A stretch of DNA of 64,000 nucleotides, from assembly GCF_009914755.1 (NCBI RefSeq), contig NC_060942.1. One strand, given 5' to 3'. The notes under the pieces are model-generated. The model did no database searches and was not told the origin of the DNA. It saw nothing but the letters and a program-made list of their open reading frames with translations. The position numbers and the translations under genes were made by a program. Source of the DNA: the human T2T-CHM13v2.0 reference genome, Homo sapiens. Shown in pieces: positions 28,584 through 45,548 of the stretch. Every line of letters begins with the position of its first letter. Position 1 is the stretch's first letter.

Positions 28584-29049
28584 AAGTCCACTGCAATGGT
28601 CCAGGCTAGAGGTGACAGGGGTAGCAGCGAAAGTGTGAGAGGTGGTCAAGCTCTGCACAGCTTTTGAAGTTAGAACCAATGGCATTTGCTGAAAGTTCTG
28701 AATTAGGATGTGAAAGAAAGAGATGACTCCAAGGTTTTTGCCTGAGCAATTGAAAGACAAGTTGCTATTAACTGAGATGGGGAGGAATGTGGGAAAGTAT
28801 CAGTTTGGGGTGGAAGAACAGGAGATTGGTTTCAATGCTCTACATCTGAGATGCCTGTTAGACCTCCCAGAGGAGACATTTTAAGTGGGAAGCTGGATAC
28901 ATGACTCTGGAGTGCAGGAGAGAGGTCCAGGATGCAGATATACATTTGGGAGTCAACAGCATATAGGTGGTATCGAAAGCCAAGAAAATAGGTGAGAACC
29001 ATTGTACACGGAAAAGAAAGTCCTAAAAGAAAACAGATGAGGACCATTA

Positions 29050-29220
<171 letters not shown>

Positions 29221-31167
29221 AAGTCCTAGAACTGAACCCTGGAGTATGCTAATCTTATATATAAGCTCTCTCAAATCTCACAAACATTTCAAGCAAAGGT
29301 ATAGTCTCAAACCAGAAAACAAAACAAAACAAACAAAAAAACCTGTTTGCTCTATAAGGAACATGCAGGCTTCTAGTCTCCCTACTTAAAGAGGTAAGAG
29401 AGTCGATTCCCAGGGTGACAGCTGGCATTGTGAACTTGAGCTAGCAGTTCTACTAAAAGTCAAAGGTATGTTTGTTTAGCATAGGGTGGGGAGATGTCAC
29501 ATGGCCTTAGCATTCTTGAATAGTTTATCCACTGAAGCAGGCCTATCAGCCACGTTGACAACCCTGGATGAAGTAATAGTTTTATAAAAGCTCCACCCCC
29601 AAGTGTTTTAATGCTGTAGAATTAGTTTTAAAGTGATCTGTTTTCTCCAAATGTCATTTTTAAAAAAATTCAAAATGAAGAATGAATCCTTCTAAACTCA
29701 GCATATTCTTTGTCAAGTTTAAAACTACTTTTTATTTAAACTATTTTAAAAGTCAGCATGTATTCCCCAGAGAAGAAAACTGAGCAAACTTCACTCCAGA
29801 AATATTTATCTTAGGGTTCATGGAAGATATCAGTCTACAGGGCATTTCCTAAGGGAAAAAAATAGCTACTAGCAAGCAACTTTGCTTCAACCCTTAAATA
29901 GATGGCTATTTTCTGTTACAAAATATGGAGGATAATTACCATGTATAATTAATAACTACTAGATGAATTTTGATAAAACAAAGGGGTTAGAAAATGTTAA
30001 TACAGAATTACGTTAGGCAGTTATAAAGATATTAGAGAAGTTTCTGTTATGATACTACATTGTAACATGGCACATGTTATTTGAATGATTTTTCAAATAA
30101 ATAATAAAGAAACTTGTTATGTTATAAACTAAATTCATTCCCCAGATGACTTGAAATGCTGTTATTTTCACAAAATAAAATCTTTAAATATCTTGCCCCA
30201 ATACTATTTTTTACTCTCTTTATTTCTATTTCTCCCAAATACATTTATTTTTAATAATACTTACTATTCCTCTCACATAGATAGTAAGTTACAAGTAAAC
30301 AGGGTTTGACTTGAAGCCCACATTGCTGATTGTCACAGCCCTGACCTCTGGAACAAAGGTACAACCACCTCCTCTTCATCAAGTAAGCCCTTGAAGTTAA
30401 CTAAAGCCAGGATTAGCTCCAACACATGACGGCTGGAGTACGTTGGGAGGAAAGATGGTTTTAGTGTCTTTTGTTTCTTTAAGACCTAAATTTTCTTTCT
30501 GAAAATAATTTGAGAATTTAGGAAGAAATACAAATTCCATAGCTGTAATTTATGATACTTTTGTGCAGGCATTAGAGGGCAGAAGCTGATGAAAACGATT
30601 CCCAGAAAAATCACTATGTGGGGCTCTATGTTGCCTCTGAAATATTACTTAACCATTTGAGGCCATATCATTGTGCGCGCTCACATTTATCCACATTGCA
30701 TCGTCACAGCAAGATCCCTGAATTATAAACTAGTGACTTCAGAGTTAATTTTCCTTCTTTCGGTCTAATTTGTAACCAGGGAGCATTGTATGGCACATGC
30801 AGGATTGAAAATGCAGGGCCTCCTGTCTCTCATCCATTTCAGATTTCAACCAAACCGTACTTGGAAATAGCATTAAACACACGCTTACAGTTCAATCCGA
30901 GGCAGATATGACCTCCTTACAGTTCCAGGAACAGCAGCTTAATTTCAGAAGAATACAGTGATGTGAGAGAAGAGCTGTGCCAGCCCGACTGGCACCCGGC
31001 TGTTCTGGTTTCCCTCCCTGGAGCTTCACTTTCCTATTTCTCTGTTATTCTGACATCTCTTTGAGAAAACTGCTGAGTTCAGAAGACAGAAAGAAAGCAC
31101 TTACACTGCACTGCTGCTAAGCTCATAAGCTATCAAGTGCATTCTTCTGCCTCAGTGTCACACTTAC

Positions 31168-31333
31168 CAGTTTCCAAAGGAGTAATGGTGGTGGAAATGT
31201 TCCGATGAGGCCGAGGAGCTGGATGAGAGAATGAAGACTCCACCTAGGTTGAATCCAAGACAATGTTAAGAGGCAGGGCTAAAGACAGGACCCTGGGGGC
31301 CAGTTCAAAAATAATGCATGTGGTCAGGCAGTC
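31168..31333 (-). other. MYOM1: MYOM1 non-coding exon 1 (5' end approximate)
   Basis: Strong donor CTG|gtaagt at 31168/31167, immediately downstream of a muscle promoter motif cluster. TSS placed about 30 nt below CATAAAA. Confidence 0.8.
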
Positions 31334-31355
31334 GAATGTCAGGCCACACAACCAG

Positions 31356-31609
31356 CCTTTTATGGCCAAGAAGGCAGATAAATATAGCAGCAGATGGGGA
31401 GGGTAGTTCCAAACCAGGAGGAGGAGAGGGGCATGGGCAGGTAGCAGCCTTAGTAATATAATTGCATAATGCCGGTCAATGGGTCTGGCCCGATTAAACC
31501 AAATATAGGGTTTTTATTTGGCAACAAGAGTTATTTTCAATGTCACTTTATCAGTAGATAATTTAAAAGTGTAATGGAAAGAGTGGTTTGTGTTAACAGC
31601 TAAAAATAG
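31356..31609 (-). promoter_or_regulatory. MYOM1: MYOM1 proximal muscle promoter: CArG/TATA-like CCATAAAAGG (31356-31365), GATA (31376-31381), E-box CAGATG (31391-31396), CArG/MEF2-like CCAAATATAGG (31499-31509), MEF2 CTAAAAATAG (31600-31609)
   Basis: Motifs read directly; consistent with known MEF2 regulation of myomesin genes. Confidence 0.8.
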
Positions 31610-31999
31610 GTGTAGTAATATGATTCTCAAAATGGACTTCGTGGAATTTTAATGCCAAGATATGATTCTGAGTGTGCTGTTAACAACACACGTACGGTAC
31701 ATTTAAAAGATACAATGTGAAAAAAGAACTTGAAGCTAACTAAAGGCAAAACAAGGAAGAAATGGGTTACACGTGGTGGCGATTTTTGCCTGACATCACG
31801 GTCACTATTTCTCTCACTTCAGGAAAATTTACAAGGTTAAGTCTTAGCTTCAAGCCTGAATATGTGATTTCCTGTTCATTAACTAAAGCCTTTTGAGACG
31901 CAACTCAGTGTTTTATCTTTCCTAACTCAGAGTAGGGTCAGTCCATCTAATAAGAGATTCTCTTTCTTTGTTCTTTAAATGGTGTGACCAATTAAGAGG

Positions 32000-32260
32000 A
32001 GGTGTAACCCGGTTGTGAGAGCCTGTGTTGTGGATTCAGACCAGATCTAGATCCCACTATATTGATAGCACTTAGTAGCCATGTAATCTCCAGCAATTTA
32101 TTTCTCCTTCCTAAGCTTCAGGTTTTTTGTCTATAAAATGGGGATAATCATATCCAAATTATAGGATTGCTGTGGTGATTAAATGTGATACTGCAGACAG
32201 AGCACTTGACCTAGTGACAGTCACATAATATAGACTCAGTAAATATCAGCTGTTATTACT
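32000..32260. mobile_element. MIR
   Basis: MIR core (cttcaggttttttgtctataaaatggggataat...gtgattaaatg). Confidence 0.7.
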
Positions 32261-32290
32261 GATACCAATAATATAAAAGCTCATTGTTAG

Positions 32291-32697
<407 letters not shown>

Positions 32698-34246
32698 TGA
32701 ACAGACTCAATATTATAGTATACTTCATCATGACTTTCTTGATGATAACTACAGTTAACACTGTTGAGGACCTATCCAGTGCCAGACACTGGGATAGGCA
32801 GTTTATATACATGATCCCACTGACTTATCATACCTTGCAAGGTACAGCTTCATTACCCCGTTGAGGAAAGCAAAGCTTCCAGAAGGGAAGGCATTTGCCA
32901 AAGATCACACAGCGGGTAGATGACAGAAACGCAACTTCATTCAGAGACATTTGATTCCAAAGCCCGTGTACTTGTAGTCATGTATTGCTGGCTCCTCCAG
33001 TGGCACTTTGATAGTAAGAAACTAGACATTTTGAAATGGCAATACGGGTCTTCACTTGTAATAGACGGTTAGCTTCTGAGCTACTCAAAGTATGTAAAAG
33101 AATCTGTTCCACCTAGTTCTGATCCAGGTACCTGTGAAATTCAACCTGGAATTTCTTCATATACATACCTCTGCTATTAGTAAGCATGTGGACATTTTAG
33201 CTATCTGGAAGCCATAGGCGAGTTTTCCAAGTGTTATGTTCCCCAAGCATCCATTTGTTCTCTAAATATCCAATACAGAATGCAGTGATTCTTCTCAAGT
33301 CTTATCCACCAGCCATTAGGATGATTCCTGGTGAGCTGTTTCTCTAGAGAACATTGGTCAATTGCCCCAAATCTTCTCAAAGCAGAAAAGAGGAAAAATA
33401 AACTTATATGCTTTTTAAAAAGTGTTTTACATTAGATGATTTTCTGGGAAATTTGAAATTAACAGCTGGCTAACCACTCCATTAAGTTTTCAGGATAATC
33501 ACATATCTGTAAGGGTATCATGAGTAAGTGTAATTGACCAGAGTCCACATATATAAAGGAATCATAACTAAGTTACAATAATTGATTCATATGAGCCCAA
33601 GTTTTTCTTCTTTAGTTTTATTATCCAGTACATCACCATATGTAATTTATTATGTAGCTAGTTGTAATTCAGATAAATTTGCTGTTAGAAAAACCTGAAT
33701 CTAGATGATGCCACAGCAGAAAGATCACTTAGGAGATTCTGCTGGGTCTAGCTCATGCTTCTTTTGTCTAAACTTACTGTATATTTGTTTGGAATAAACT
33801 CTTGCTTTCACAGGGATCTTGAGTATCAATGAATCAATGATAATATTTTAGTTTTTCTATAGTGTGTGTGCACTTCTCTCATTTTTGTATTTTTAACAAG
33901 GATGAAAGTTCAGTAAATATTTAAATGTATTGATACTTGTAGCCAGTACATTTTGACCTAATAAATTATTGTCTGTTAATAAGAAACATAAATGAAACTC
34001 TTCTTCTGTAACATTTCTTCCTTCTAATGGACAGTATTGGCACATGGTGCTCTCTATCAACATAAATGTGTACGTGTGCACATACACACATACACACACA
34101 AACAGGCATACACACACAGTTAAATGGTTGAGAGGCAGCATAGTATCATATATAGGAGGCTATGCTCTGTGTGGAACAGTCCTGGGTTCCATCCTCTGTC
34201 ACCTTCTGGTTGTGACTTTAAGGATATTAATCTCTCTAAATCTCAA

Positions 34247-34545
34247 TTTTTTTTTTCTTTTTGAGACAGGGTCTCTCGCTCTGTTGCTCAGGCTGGAATG
34301 CAGTGGTGCAATCTTGGCTCACTGCAACCTCGACCTCCTCAGCCTCAAGCAATTCTCCCACCTCAGCCTCCCGAGTAGGTGGGACTACAGGCACATGCCA
34401 CAACACCTGGCTAATGTTTGTACTTTTGTAGAGATGGGGTTTCACCATGTTGCCAGGATGGTCTCGAACTCCTGAGTTCAAGCAATCTGCCTGCCTTGGC
34501 CTCCCAAAGTGCTGGGATTACAGGTGTGAGCCACCATGTCTGGCT
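34247..34545 (-). mobile_element. Alu (AluJ-type) inserted in a MIR
   Basis: TSD taaatctcaattt; MIR core sequence on both sides. Confidence 0.93.
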
Positions 34546-35355
34546 GTAAATCTCAATTTCTTAATTCATAAAATGTTTTCATGATAATCATGCATAAGAT
34601 AATCAAATAAGATATTGTAAAACAGTATTACTTCCTGGCATATAGCAAATAGTCATTAAATATTAGCTACCATTATGAGGACTTATATCTCCTATTTTTG
34701 TTCATTTTTTCTTCAATGCGGATGTTTTCCACGGAAGGAAAAGCTTAAATAAATTGTTCAGTGAGCTCTTTTGAAAGCCATAAATTTGCTGTATCCTTCC
34801 TACTTCAGTGTTGACTAATTTATAGGCAACACTAAAATAAGAAAGGTATCATATTTGGCATCTAGTCCTGTGGTTTACTGAGTAACTTTGAAAAATCATT
34901 TCACCTCTCTGAAGCTCCATTTTCTCATCTGTAAACTAAAGGGCTTAGAGCTAGATGATCACTAAGGTGCTTTCCAGCTCTAATAACCTGTGCTATCAAT
35001 CCACAAAGTAACTATTCTATTCTTGCCTTGCTCATAAGCAGATTAGCAACATTCTGTGTGGAGCAATTTGTGGGAAGAATAAAACAAATCATCCCTGATC
35101 CAAAAACTCTGCTTCTACCTGCTGGCTCACATCTGAAATACTCCTCCCTGAGAGTGTCATTTTATGACTTTAATCCCTACTATGCTGAAAATAACCCAGA
35201 AAGGTATTTCAATATGTTATTGTTTCTTTTAAGTCTTTGTGTATAATGAGTAGCGGAGAGGGAGGGAAGCAGAGCCAGCGGTGAGGGTGCGAGTGGCTGG
35301 AGAGTGGGGCCTAGGACTCTTATCAGAAGCCAAATTTCATCTAGTTATTAAATGA

Positions 35356-35912
<557 letters not shown>

Positions 35913-36021
35913 TAGTCAGATCCTTGCCTATTACCCTGTCCTCTAGACCAGACTCCAGGCCATTAGGAAGCACAAACATAATTTGTTGTGAAATGCTCCA
36001 CTCATGGTTATGGAAATGGAA

Positions 36022-36329
36022 TTATCATTATTATTATTATTATTTTTGAAATGGAGTCTCACTCTGTCGCCCAGGCTGGAATGCAGTGGCATAATCTCGG
36101 CTCACTGCAACCTCCGCCTCTTGGGTTCAAGCAATTCTCTGCCTCAGCCTCCTAAATAGCTGGGATTGCAGGCGCCCACCACCATGCCCGGCTAATTTTT
36201 TGTGTGTTTTTAGTAGAGACAGGGTTTCACCATCTTGGCCAGGTTGGTATTGAACTGCTGACCTCGTGATCCACCCAACTCGGCCTCCCAAAGTGCTGGG
36301 ATTACAGGCGTGAGCCACCGTGCCCGGCC
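36022..36329 (-). mobile_element. Alu (AluS) with (ATT)n tail
   Basis: Reverse Alu, first of a tandem pair. Confidence 0.94.
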
Positions 36330-36651
<322 letters not shown>

Positions 36652-38614
36652 TGGGATTACTTTTTATTCTTCATTAGTCGCCCATACTTCTCTCTCTTCT
36701 CAATTCCTTCCTGCATCAAAGAAGCTCATTTTGCCCATCTGAACCTTCTTCCCCTGTTCACAGGAGAAGGGAGGGAAGCCCTTTATTTGTTAAGGTGCAC
36801 CTGCCCCTTGAATTGTTGGATAATTGAATAGAAGCTGATAAACTACTTCCCTATAAGCCAAAGGAGGGGGGTAGCAAGTGGCCTCTGTTGAAGCTCCCAA
36901 TACAGAGGGGGAGGAGTGATCTTGGCCTCTTCCAGAGCCCCAGACTCCAGAACAAAGGCTTGGCACCTCTCTTCCTAGACTACTCCTTTTGGAGGTGAAG
37001 GAGGGCAGACTCAGTATGAATGGGCAGCGTCTTAAATGCCGAACATGTCCAAAGTCCAGCTGAGCCTTAGCCACATTTAATATGTCCCAAGGCCATGGAA
37101 AGTTGACCATGGTTATGCTGATCCACACCCTCCTCCCAGCACGCCCCTTCTTCCCCCTCTCTGGTTAATGAAGAATTGTCTGCATGCTGTATTATGGCTG
37201 AGGACAAAGAACAGGTCAGGCAGCCAAGGCTGATTAATCTTTTTGCTTTCCTGTGGTCTGTCAGGAATTGGGTTGACTTAGACTGAAGTATTGCCCTTTC
37301 ATCATTCACCAGTGATTGTCAGTAAATGATGTGTTTGAATTTCCAGAAATATGACACAATTTCAAAATCTTGCACTTCGAGAAGAGAGATGGCCCCATCA
37401 GTATTTTCACATAATGGCATTCGCAACTAGAACTAGAACCAAACTACTGGAGAATCAAAATTCCATTTCATGAATCTGTTCATTTGTAACCCTAATGCAT
37501 ACATTATGTGGCATTTGCTGAAGACCTAAGGAACATTGTGTTCCATTCATTCGTCAGCATGAGTGGTGCACGGGTTGGAGAGTAGAAGTGCTGCAGTAAG
37601 CCAGGCACTGGGATTGAGGACAGAATGTGAGCTGACGCTATGACAAAGGGAGAATGCATTCAGACAGAGCTCACTATGTCCTCTTCTGCTTCAAACCTTC
37701 CAATGGCTCCTCACTGCCTATTCTTCCCCAGGTGGCCTCCTCAGCATGGCACGAGGGCATCTTCACCCTATGAGCCTCCATAATTCTCCAGCTCCGCCCC
37801 TCTCCATTCCCCTGCCTGCCTCCTGAGTTTCAACCACGGGTAATTCCTTGCAAGCCCTCAAACTCCAGGACTCCAGCACCCCGGTTCCCTCACACCTGGT
37901 GCTCCTCTCAGCCCTGCCAACACGCGCACACTTCCTCACTTCCTTCACCCCGCTCCTTCAACACCCCGTGCCATCTCCTTCCGGGAGACTTCCCTACTTC
38001 CACTAGGATGGGAAGTTTTTCGTGTGGTATTTACGTGTTTACTTTTCTGTCTCTGCACAATGAGTACTCACTGGTAGGAGCGGGATCTCTATGGCTAGGT
38101 GCTCCCAGTACCCAGCAAAGCTCCTGACCCACAACAGGCATTTAATAAAGAATTACTGAATGAGGAAAACTGGGAAATGTGGCAAAGGACAACTCCTCAG
38201 GACATAGGGACTCCTTAGAGATGGGAAAAAACAAGGGCTAGGAGTCAGTGTGGCCAGGGATCAGCTGTTCAGCTGCGGGGAGGACAACTGCTGTGAGCCC
38301 CTCTTAACCTGCGTGTGAGGCTCAGGAGCTGGTGGGTAGATTCTGGGAGAGGGACAAGCCCCTAAGCCAGAAAGCTGCCTGCACGCATAGTCCAGGCCAG
38401 GGAACTGGAGGTGAGTATTAGAAAGCAAGACCCCAAAGCCCATTTTCTAACATTTTTTGTCTCTACCTGTTTTTCTGTCTATTCATAAATAGATATCTGG
38501 TATGATAATGACTTCCAAATGATGAGATGCTTTCTCTTTCTTTTGTTTTTTTTTAACTTTCTTGTTTGTATTTTTTTTACTTGATTTTAAGATATAATTA
38601 GCATCAAGAACTGT

Positions 38615-39335
<721 letters not shown>

Positions 39336-39344
39336 AAAAGAACG

Positions 39345-39830
39345 CAGGAGTCAGAGATTTTACCCTACTTGCAAACTAAAAAGTGATCCTGCTACAGTTT
39401 CATGAGTGTTGACAGAAGACACAAGAAGACAAAGAGCTTTACTCCTGACAGCAAGAGCAGTGGCCAAGTGTCAGCATATTCTTCACTGGTTTGCCAGCCC
39501 CCAATCCCCATGTTCCCAAAGGACAACGTGATGAAGACCAGGTGACACCTGCAGTCACAGTGGGCTGCATTACAGAAGAAGAATCTTGACTTTAGAGCAC
39601 CTGAATATTTCATCATGAGCATTCAGCATACCTGCCCTTTGCTTCAGAGGGAGATATTCTTGTTACACTGGATAGTAAGCGTGTCTGCCTTTTGCTGTGG
39701 CTGGAGACACTTACTCTGTCTTCAAAGGCTGTTCACTATATGAACAGTCCTGCAGAAACAGGCTGGAACAACGGAGAGCCAGATCTTCGCTTGCAACATG
39801 TGCCGAAACACAAGAAGCCCGCGGAGAACT
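39345..39830 (-). mobile_element. Old ERV LTR (MER21/MER77-like)
   Basis: Reverse strand ends with ...gcaagtagggtaaaatctc, recalled from this LTR group; family assignment tentative. Confidence 0.5.
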
Positions 39831-39949
39831 GTCTCCCGACAATGACTGTGTGTTACTTTTACAAAAATCATATGGTTTTTTTTTTCCTTTAAAAGTAAGA
39901 ACCAGAATAAAGATCAGCAGATCTGAGTTTTCAGTTTCAATTCATTTCG

Positions 39950-40290
39950 AATTTCCTTTTAACAGTTTATAGCAATAAAATTGACACACCATAAATTAAT
40001 CCATTTTAAGAGTAAAGTTCAGGGAGTTTTAGTCAATTTTTACATTGTGCAACCATCACCAAAATCCAGTTTTAAAACACTTCCATCACCCAGAAAAGTT
40101 TCCTCAGGCTTGTCTGCAGTTAATCCTGGGTCCCGCGCGTGACCGAGGCCACCACTGACCTCTGTCTCTACAGTTCAGCTTTTTCTAGAAATTTCACACA
40201 AATGGAATCCTACCATATGTAGTCATTTGTGTCTGGTTTCTTTCACTTGGCAAGATGTTTTTGAGTTTCATCTGGATACTGGATGCACCA
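39950..40290 (-). mobile_element. L1M 3'-end fragment
   Basis: ttgtgcaaccatcacc...aatggaatc...tggtttctttcactt, a reverse L1 3' UTR. Confidence 0.75.
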
Positions 40291-40584
40291 GTATTGCACT
40301 TGGTTCTCACCAATGTCCTACCCTGTCCGCAGTTGTCCTTTCAATAACAATGAATGAATGTGTTGTATTGCTCTGCTATAATTTGTTACCTGGTCTCTAA
40401 GTGTTGAGCACCTGGAAATTTCCAGTCATTCACCAGGACTAGAAGCTGGAAGCAGGCATTTGGAGCATCTTTAGTTTCAACCCAGCTCTTTTATCACCTC
40501 TCTGTGACTTCTTTTGAGAGGCCTTTTTTAGCCTCTCGGGCTCTTGTTTATTCATAGTTCCCCCAATAGAGTGGGATTGGAAGA

Positions 40585-40745
40585 GTGGTTCTCCTTCCTG
40601 GCTATACATTAGTATCACCTGAGGAGCTTTGAAACTGTACTCAGGCCTAGGCCATATTCTAGGACAATTAACTCCATATCTCTGGCATGAGACATGAACA
40701 TCAGTATTTTTTAAAAGCTCCTAAATGATTCTAACATGCAACCCA
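40585..40745. mobile_element. MER5A DNA transposon
   Basis: agtggttctc...atcacctgaggagcttt...ttttaaaagctcc...gattctaa pattern. Confidence 0.7.
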
Positions 40746-41017
40746 AGAGAAAAAAAAAAAAAACCTCTTAGGTCTCTTTCAGTTCGAAAAGGATAAAAGC
40801 CTGAATTAAAAAGAAAGCTATAAATATTTTGCACAAATAGAAGTATTCCTTTTTAACTACCTCCTTGGGAAGTATTTGCCCAGAAGGTACTATGAATTGG
40901 AGGGTATGTTTTATGAGATTGCTATTTGGAATAATTAGGCTAATGTATAATGTCATCAACCAAATATGAATGTACTCTTTCCTCATTGCCCCATCAATAT
41001 TGGAATGGTTAATTTTA

Positions 41018-41364
<347 letters not shown>

Positions 41365-41644
41365 GAAGTGAGATATGTCTCATAGCTATCCTCAAATGCG
41401 TTTAAAAAATTATTTGTGAGGCTGAGCATGTCCTTAAATGTTATCCCACTATTTGGCTTTCCTCTTCTGTGAGGTATCTTTTTCCTGAGATCATTATTAA
41501 TCTGTTAATGTGATAATAAAATAGCTACCATTATTTGAGACCTATTGTGTGCTAGATACTATACCAGTGCTTTACAGATATTATTTTATATATTTGTTAC
41601 AAAATCTCTTCAAGGCAGTTATTATTCCCAAGCTAAAATGAAAA

Positions 41645-42275
41645 TGAGGCAGGAGAATAGGGTCTGGAGGCAGGGAACCTAAGGCCGAATTCATGCTGAC
41701 TTCCCAGAACTAAATCACAAGGAAAACCCCAACTTTCCATGCCCAGGTAACGAAAGGACCAGAGGCTAATACATTTGCAACCTCCCGTTTTCTGAGTGAC
41801 AGATGAAAAATTGAAAGTGCCTCTGATTTGTCCCCTCTGGGAGACAATCAGGCTGGTTGCCGGCCAAGTTTTCATTTGCATAGTAGTATAACTTTGTAAC
41901 TTCACTTCAGCCTCTGATTGGTCACTTTCTGCAACCAATCAGACCTTTGCATAGGGTGTAACTTTGTAACCTTGCTTCAGCCTCTGATTGGCCCTCTCCT
42001 GCAATCAATCAGACTGATCTCAGGCCACTACTTCCTTTACCTAGGGTGTACACCAAGTAACCAATGGGGAACTTCTAGAGGGTATTTAAACCCCGGAAAA
42101 TTCCGTAACTGGGCTCTTGAGCCACTTACTTGGGCCGCTCCCACCATATGGAGTATACTTTCATTTTCAATAAATCTCTGCTTTTGTTGCATCATTCTGT
42201 CCTTGCTTTGTTTGTGCATTTTGTCCAATTCTTTGTTCATGATGCCAAGAACTTGGACACCTTCCAACAGTAACA
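41645..42275 (+). mobile_element. MER51A (ERV1) solo LTR nested in a MIR
   Basis: Starts TGAGGCAGGAGAATAGGGTCTGGAGGCAGGGAACC and ends ...taaCA. Has CCAAT repeats, TATTTAAA and AATAAA. MIR halves on either side. Confidence 0.85.
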
Positions 42276-42617
42276 AAAAAACCAAGGCTCAGAGAGGTTA
42301 GGCAAGTACCCCAAAGTGACACAGCTACTAAATAATAGAGCTGGGATTTGAACCCAGTTCCAGCTGGCTCTCAAGCACCATTATCTTTGCTAGACAGGAA
42401 AGCACTCAATGCCTGCACTACTCATACCCCTTCCTGAGGAAAGCTGCCCTGCTGATGTTTAGAACTAGGTGACCTTGCTTTTTGATCCCAGGTGATGGGT
42501 CATTTCTGATCTAAAGGTAACAGTGAATGGCCTGGGCCAAAAAGGCGAGCCAAGCCAATCACACTCCTCCCGTAAGAATTTGAATTTGAAAAGACTGAGT
42601 GTCAATACACTTAATAG

Positions 42618-43206
<589 letters not shown>

Positions 43207-43381
43207 GCATCCTTTTTTTTTTTTTTTTTTTTTAGTTAATTGGACTGTCCCTGTTCCTTGCAATCAAACAAGCCAAAATAAAATATTCTTTCTATTAAAT
43301 GTTTGCTAGTGTAGATATTAAGCTTTTACTTGTCATTTACCACAAAAAGTTTCCATTTCAGTTATTTCCTTGCTTTTTTTA

Positions 43382-43721
<340 letters not shown>

Positions 43722-43759
43722 TCATATAATCAATAACCACTTTACTAGTCAAAAACTTA

Positions 43760-44015
43760 AATTCATGCAAATGATAGTAACAGAAAGCAGATCAGTGGTT
43801 GTGTGGGTCTGGGAGAGGGGACAGGTGGGAAGACTTGGGAGCAATGGGTCACAGTGGAGCCCGAGAGCACTCTGGGGTGATGGGTATGTTACTATCTTGA
43901 TTGCGATGATGGTTTCACAAGTGTATACATGTATTAAAATTTGTCACTTGGTACAGTTTAAATATGTGTAGTTTATTGTGTTCTAATAATACATTAGTTA
44001 AAGCCATTTTTAAAA
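43760..44015 (+). mobile_element. L1M 3'-end fragment
   Basis: agcagatcagtggttg...ggtgatgggtatgttactatcttgattg pattern. Confidence 0.75.
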
Positions 44016-45309
44016 ATGTCTACTCTTCTTCCCAACAAGGATACTTATACAATTCTATTCAACTTATTATGCTTTATGTTCCATGCTTACCTATAATTCA
44101 CCTGCAGTTGTGATATATGCTATAAGAAATTAATTATATGTTTATATTTTTCAGTTTTAATAATCTATTTTCCAACTGTATTTCACATAAATATGTTTCA
44201 CCATTGGAAAATCATGTGTTGAGCACTGCAGTTTTAAATTTATTTCTATTAATATTTTTCATTCCTTGGCCAATTTTCCTATTTTTAAACGTAGTACAAT
44301 CTGATTTGGAGGTTTGAAATTTTGTTCCTTTGTAGTGTTTTAAAGTCATGCTAAGGCATGCACCCTAATGAGCATTTTATAATGGAAAGAGCATATAATA
44401 GAAATAATTACTGTAAGAACTAGTATAGATATATTAAAGATTTTATGCATTGTTCTCCCCTGCCTTGGACAATAGTTTTTATTGTGCCTTTATATGTAAA
44501 CAAGATCTGTCTATGGCTAATCTGGCCACTTCTACTACCTATGTACCACAAAAATTTATTTTTGGACCTAGTGGACCGTACAGAAGTTTGGTAACAACAT
44601 TCATCTGGTTGAGTTTCAACACAGGATTACTTTCATCATTTACCCACTTGCTAAAACTCCCTTACTTTTTCTACTACTTTTGTTCCAAAGTTCTTAAAGT
44701 TTATAGATTTAACTGAGGTTTTACTAAGCACACATGACATGGCTAGCACTCTGCAAGGTATTGAGAGTACAAACAGAGTAAGTTACTCTTGGGAAGCATG
44801 TCCCCTTACCCGCTTACTATCAGGGCTTGCTCTTTTTCCTCAAGCAAATAATGAACTGTGTAGCACATGGCAGGACACTGAATAATAGACCCTGGTAAAG
44901 CCCCTCCAAACTTAACCTATGGCTCTCTGGCCCTTCAGGGATTACTGGGTAGCACTGCCAGCCCACAGCTTTAATGCTTTACTGAATCAACACTCTGTGA
45001 GGTAATGCAAAAAGAGGTGTTATGTGTTCAATGCTGACAAGTCATATGAATGGAAACTGTCCACGGATTCATCTACCATTCCTTCTCCAGAGGAAAGAAG
45101 AACTCAATCAAAGTCCATAATACATCTACAGGTGGCTGGTAGAGGCACTGATTTCAGTGGAATTAGGCCTTGCTGGAAATTCTGCAAGAGACCATACAGA
45201 CTCTTTTTCCGGGAAGAATAACAACAAAAAAGTCAACATTTCAAGTAAATATTCCCACTCCAAATTATTAACACAGTCATTCTTATCAATAGTTAGTATG
45301 TTTCACAGA

Positions 45310-45548
45310 TCAATATAGCACAGAGGCTGAAAGGTCAGGCTTTGAAGTTATACAGACATGCGTCACATTCCTACCTTTTCCTCTTACCCAGAATATGACC
45401 CTGGGCAGGTCACTAACCTTGCTAAGCTTCAGCTCACTCATCTGTAAAATGGAGGTGACAGTCATTACCTTGCAGCTAATGTTAATGAGAGATAATGTGA
45501 ATAAAACACTTTGCAGAGAGCTTGGCTCATAGGACGTGCTCAATAAAG
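45310..45548 (+). mobile_element. MIR
   Basis: ctcatctgtaaaatggagg...gtgctcaataaa core. Confidence 0.75.
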
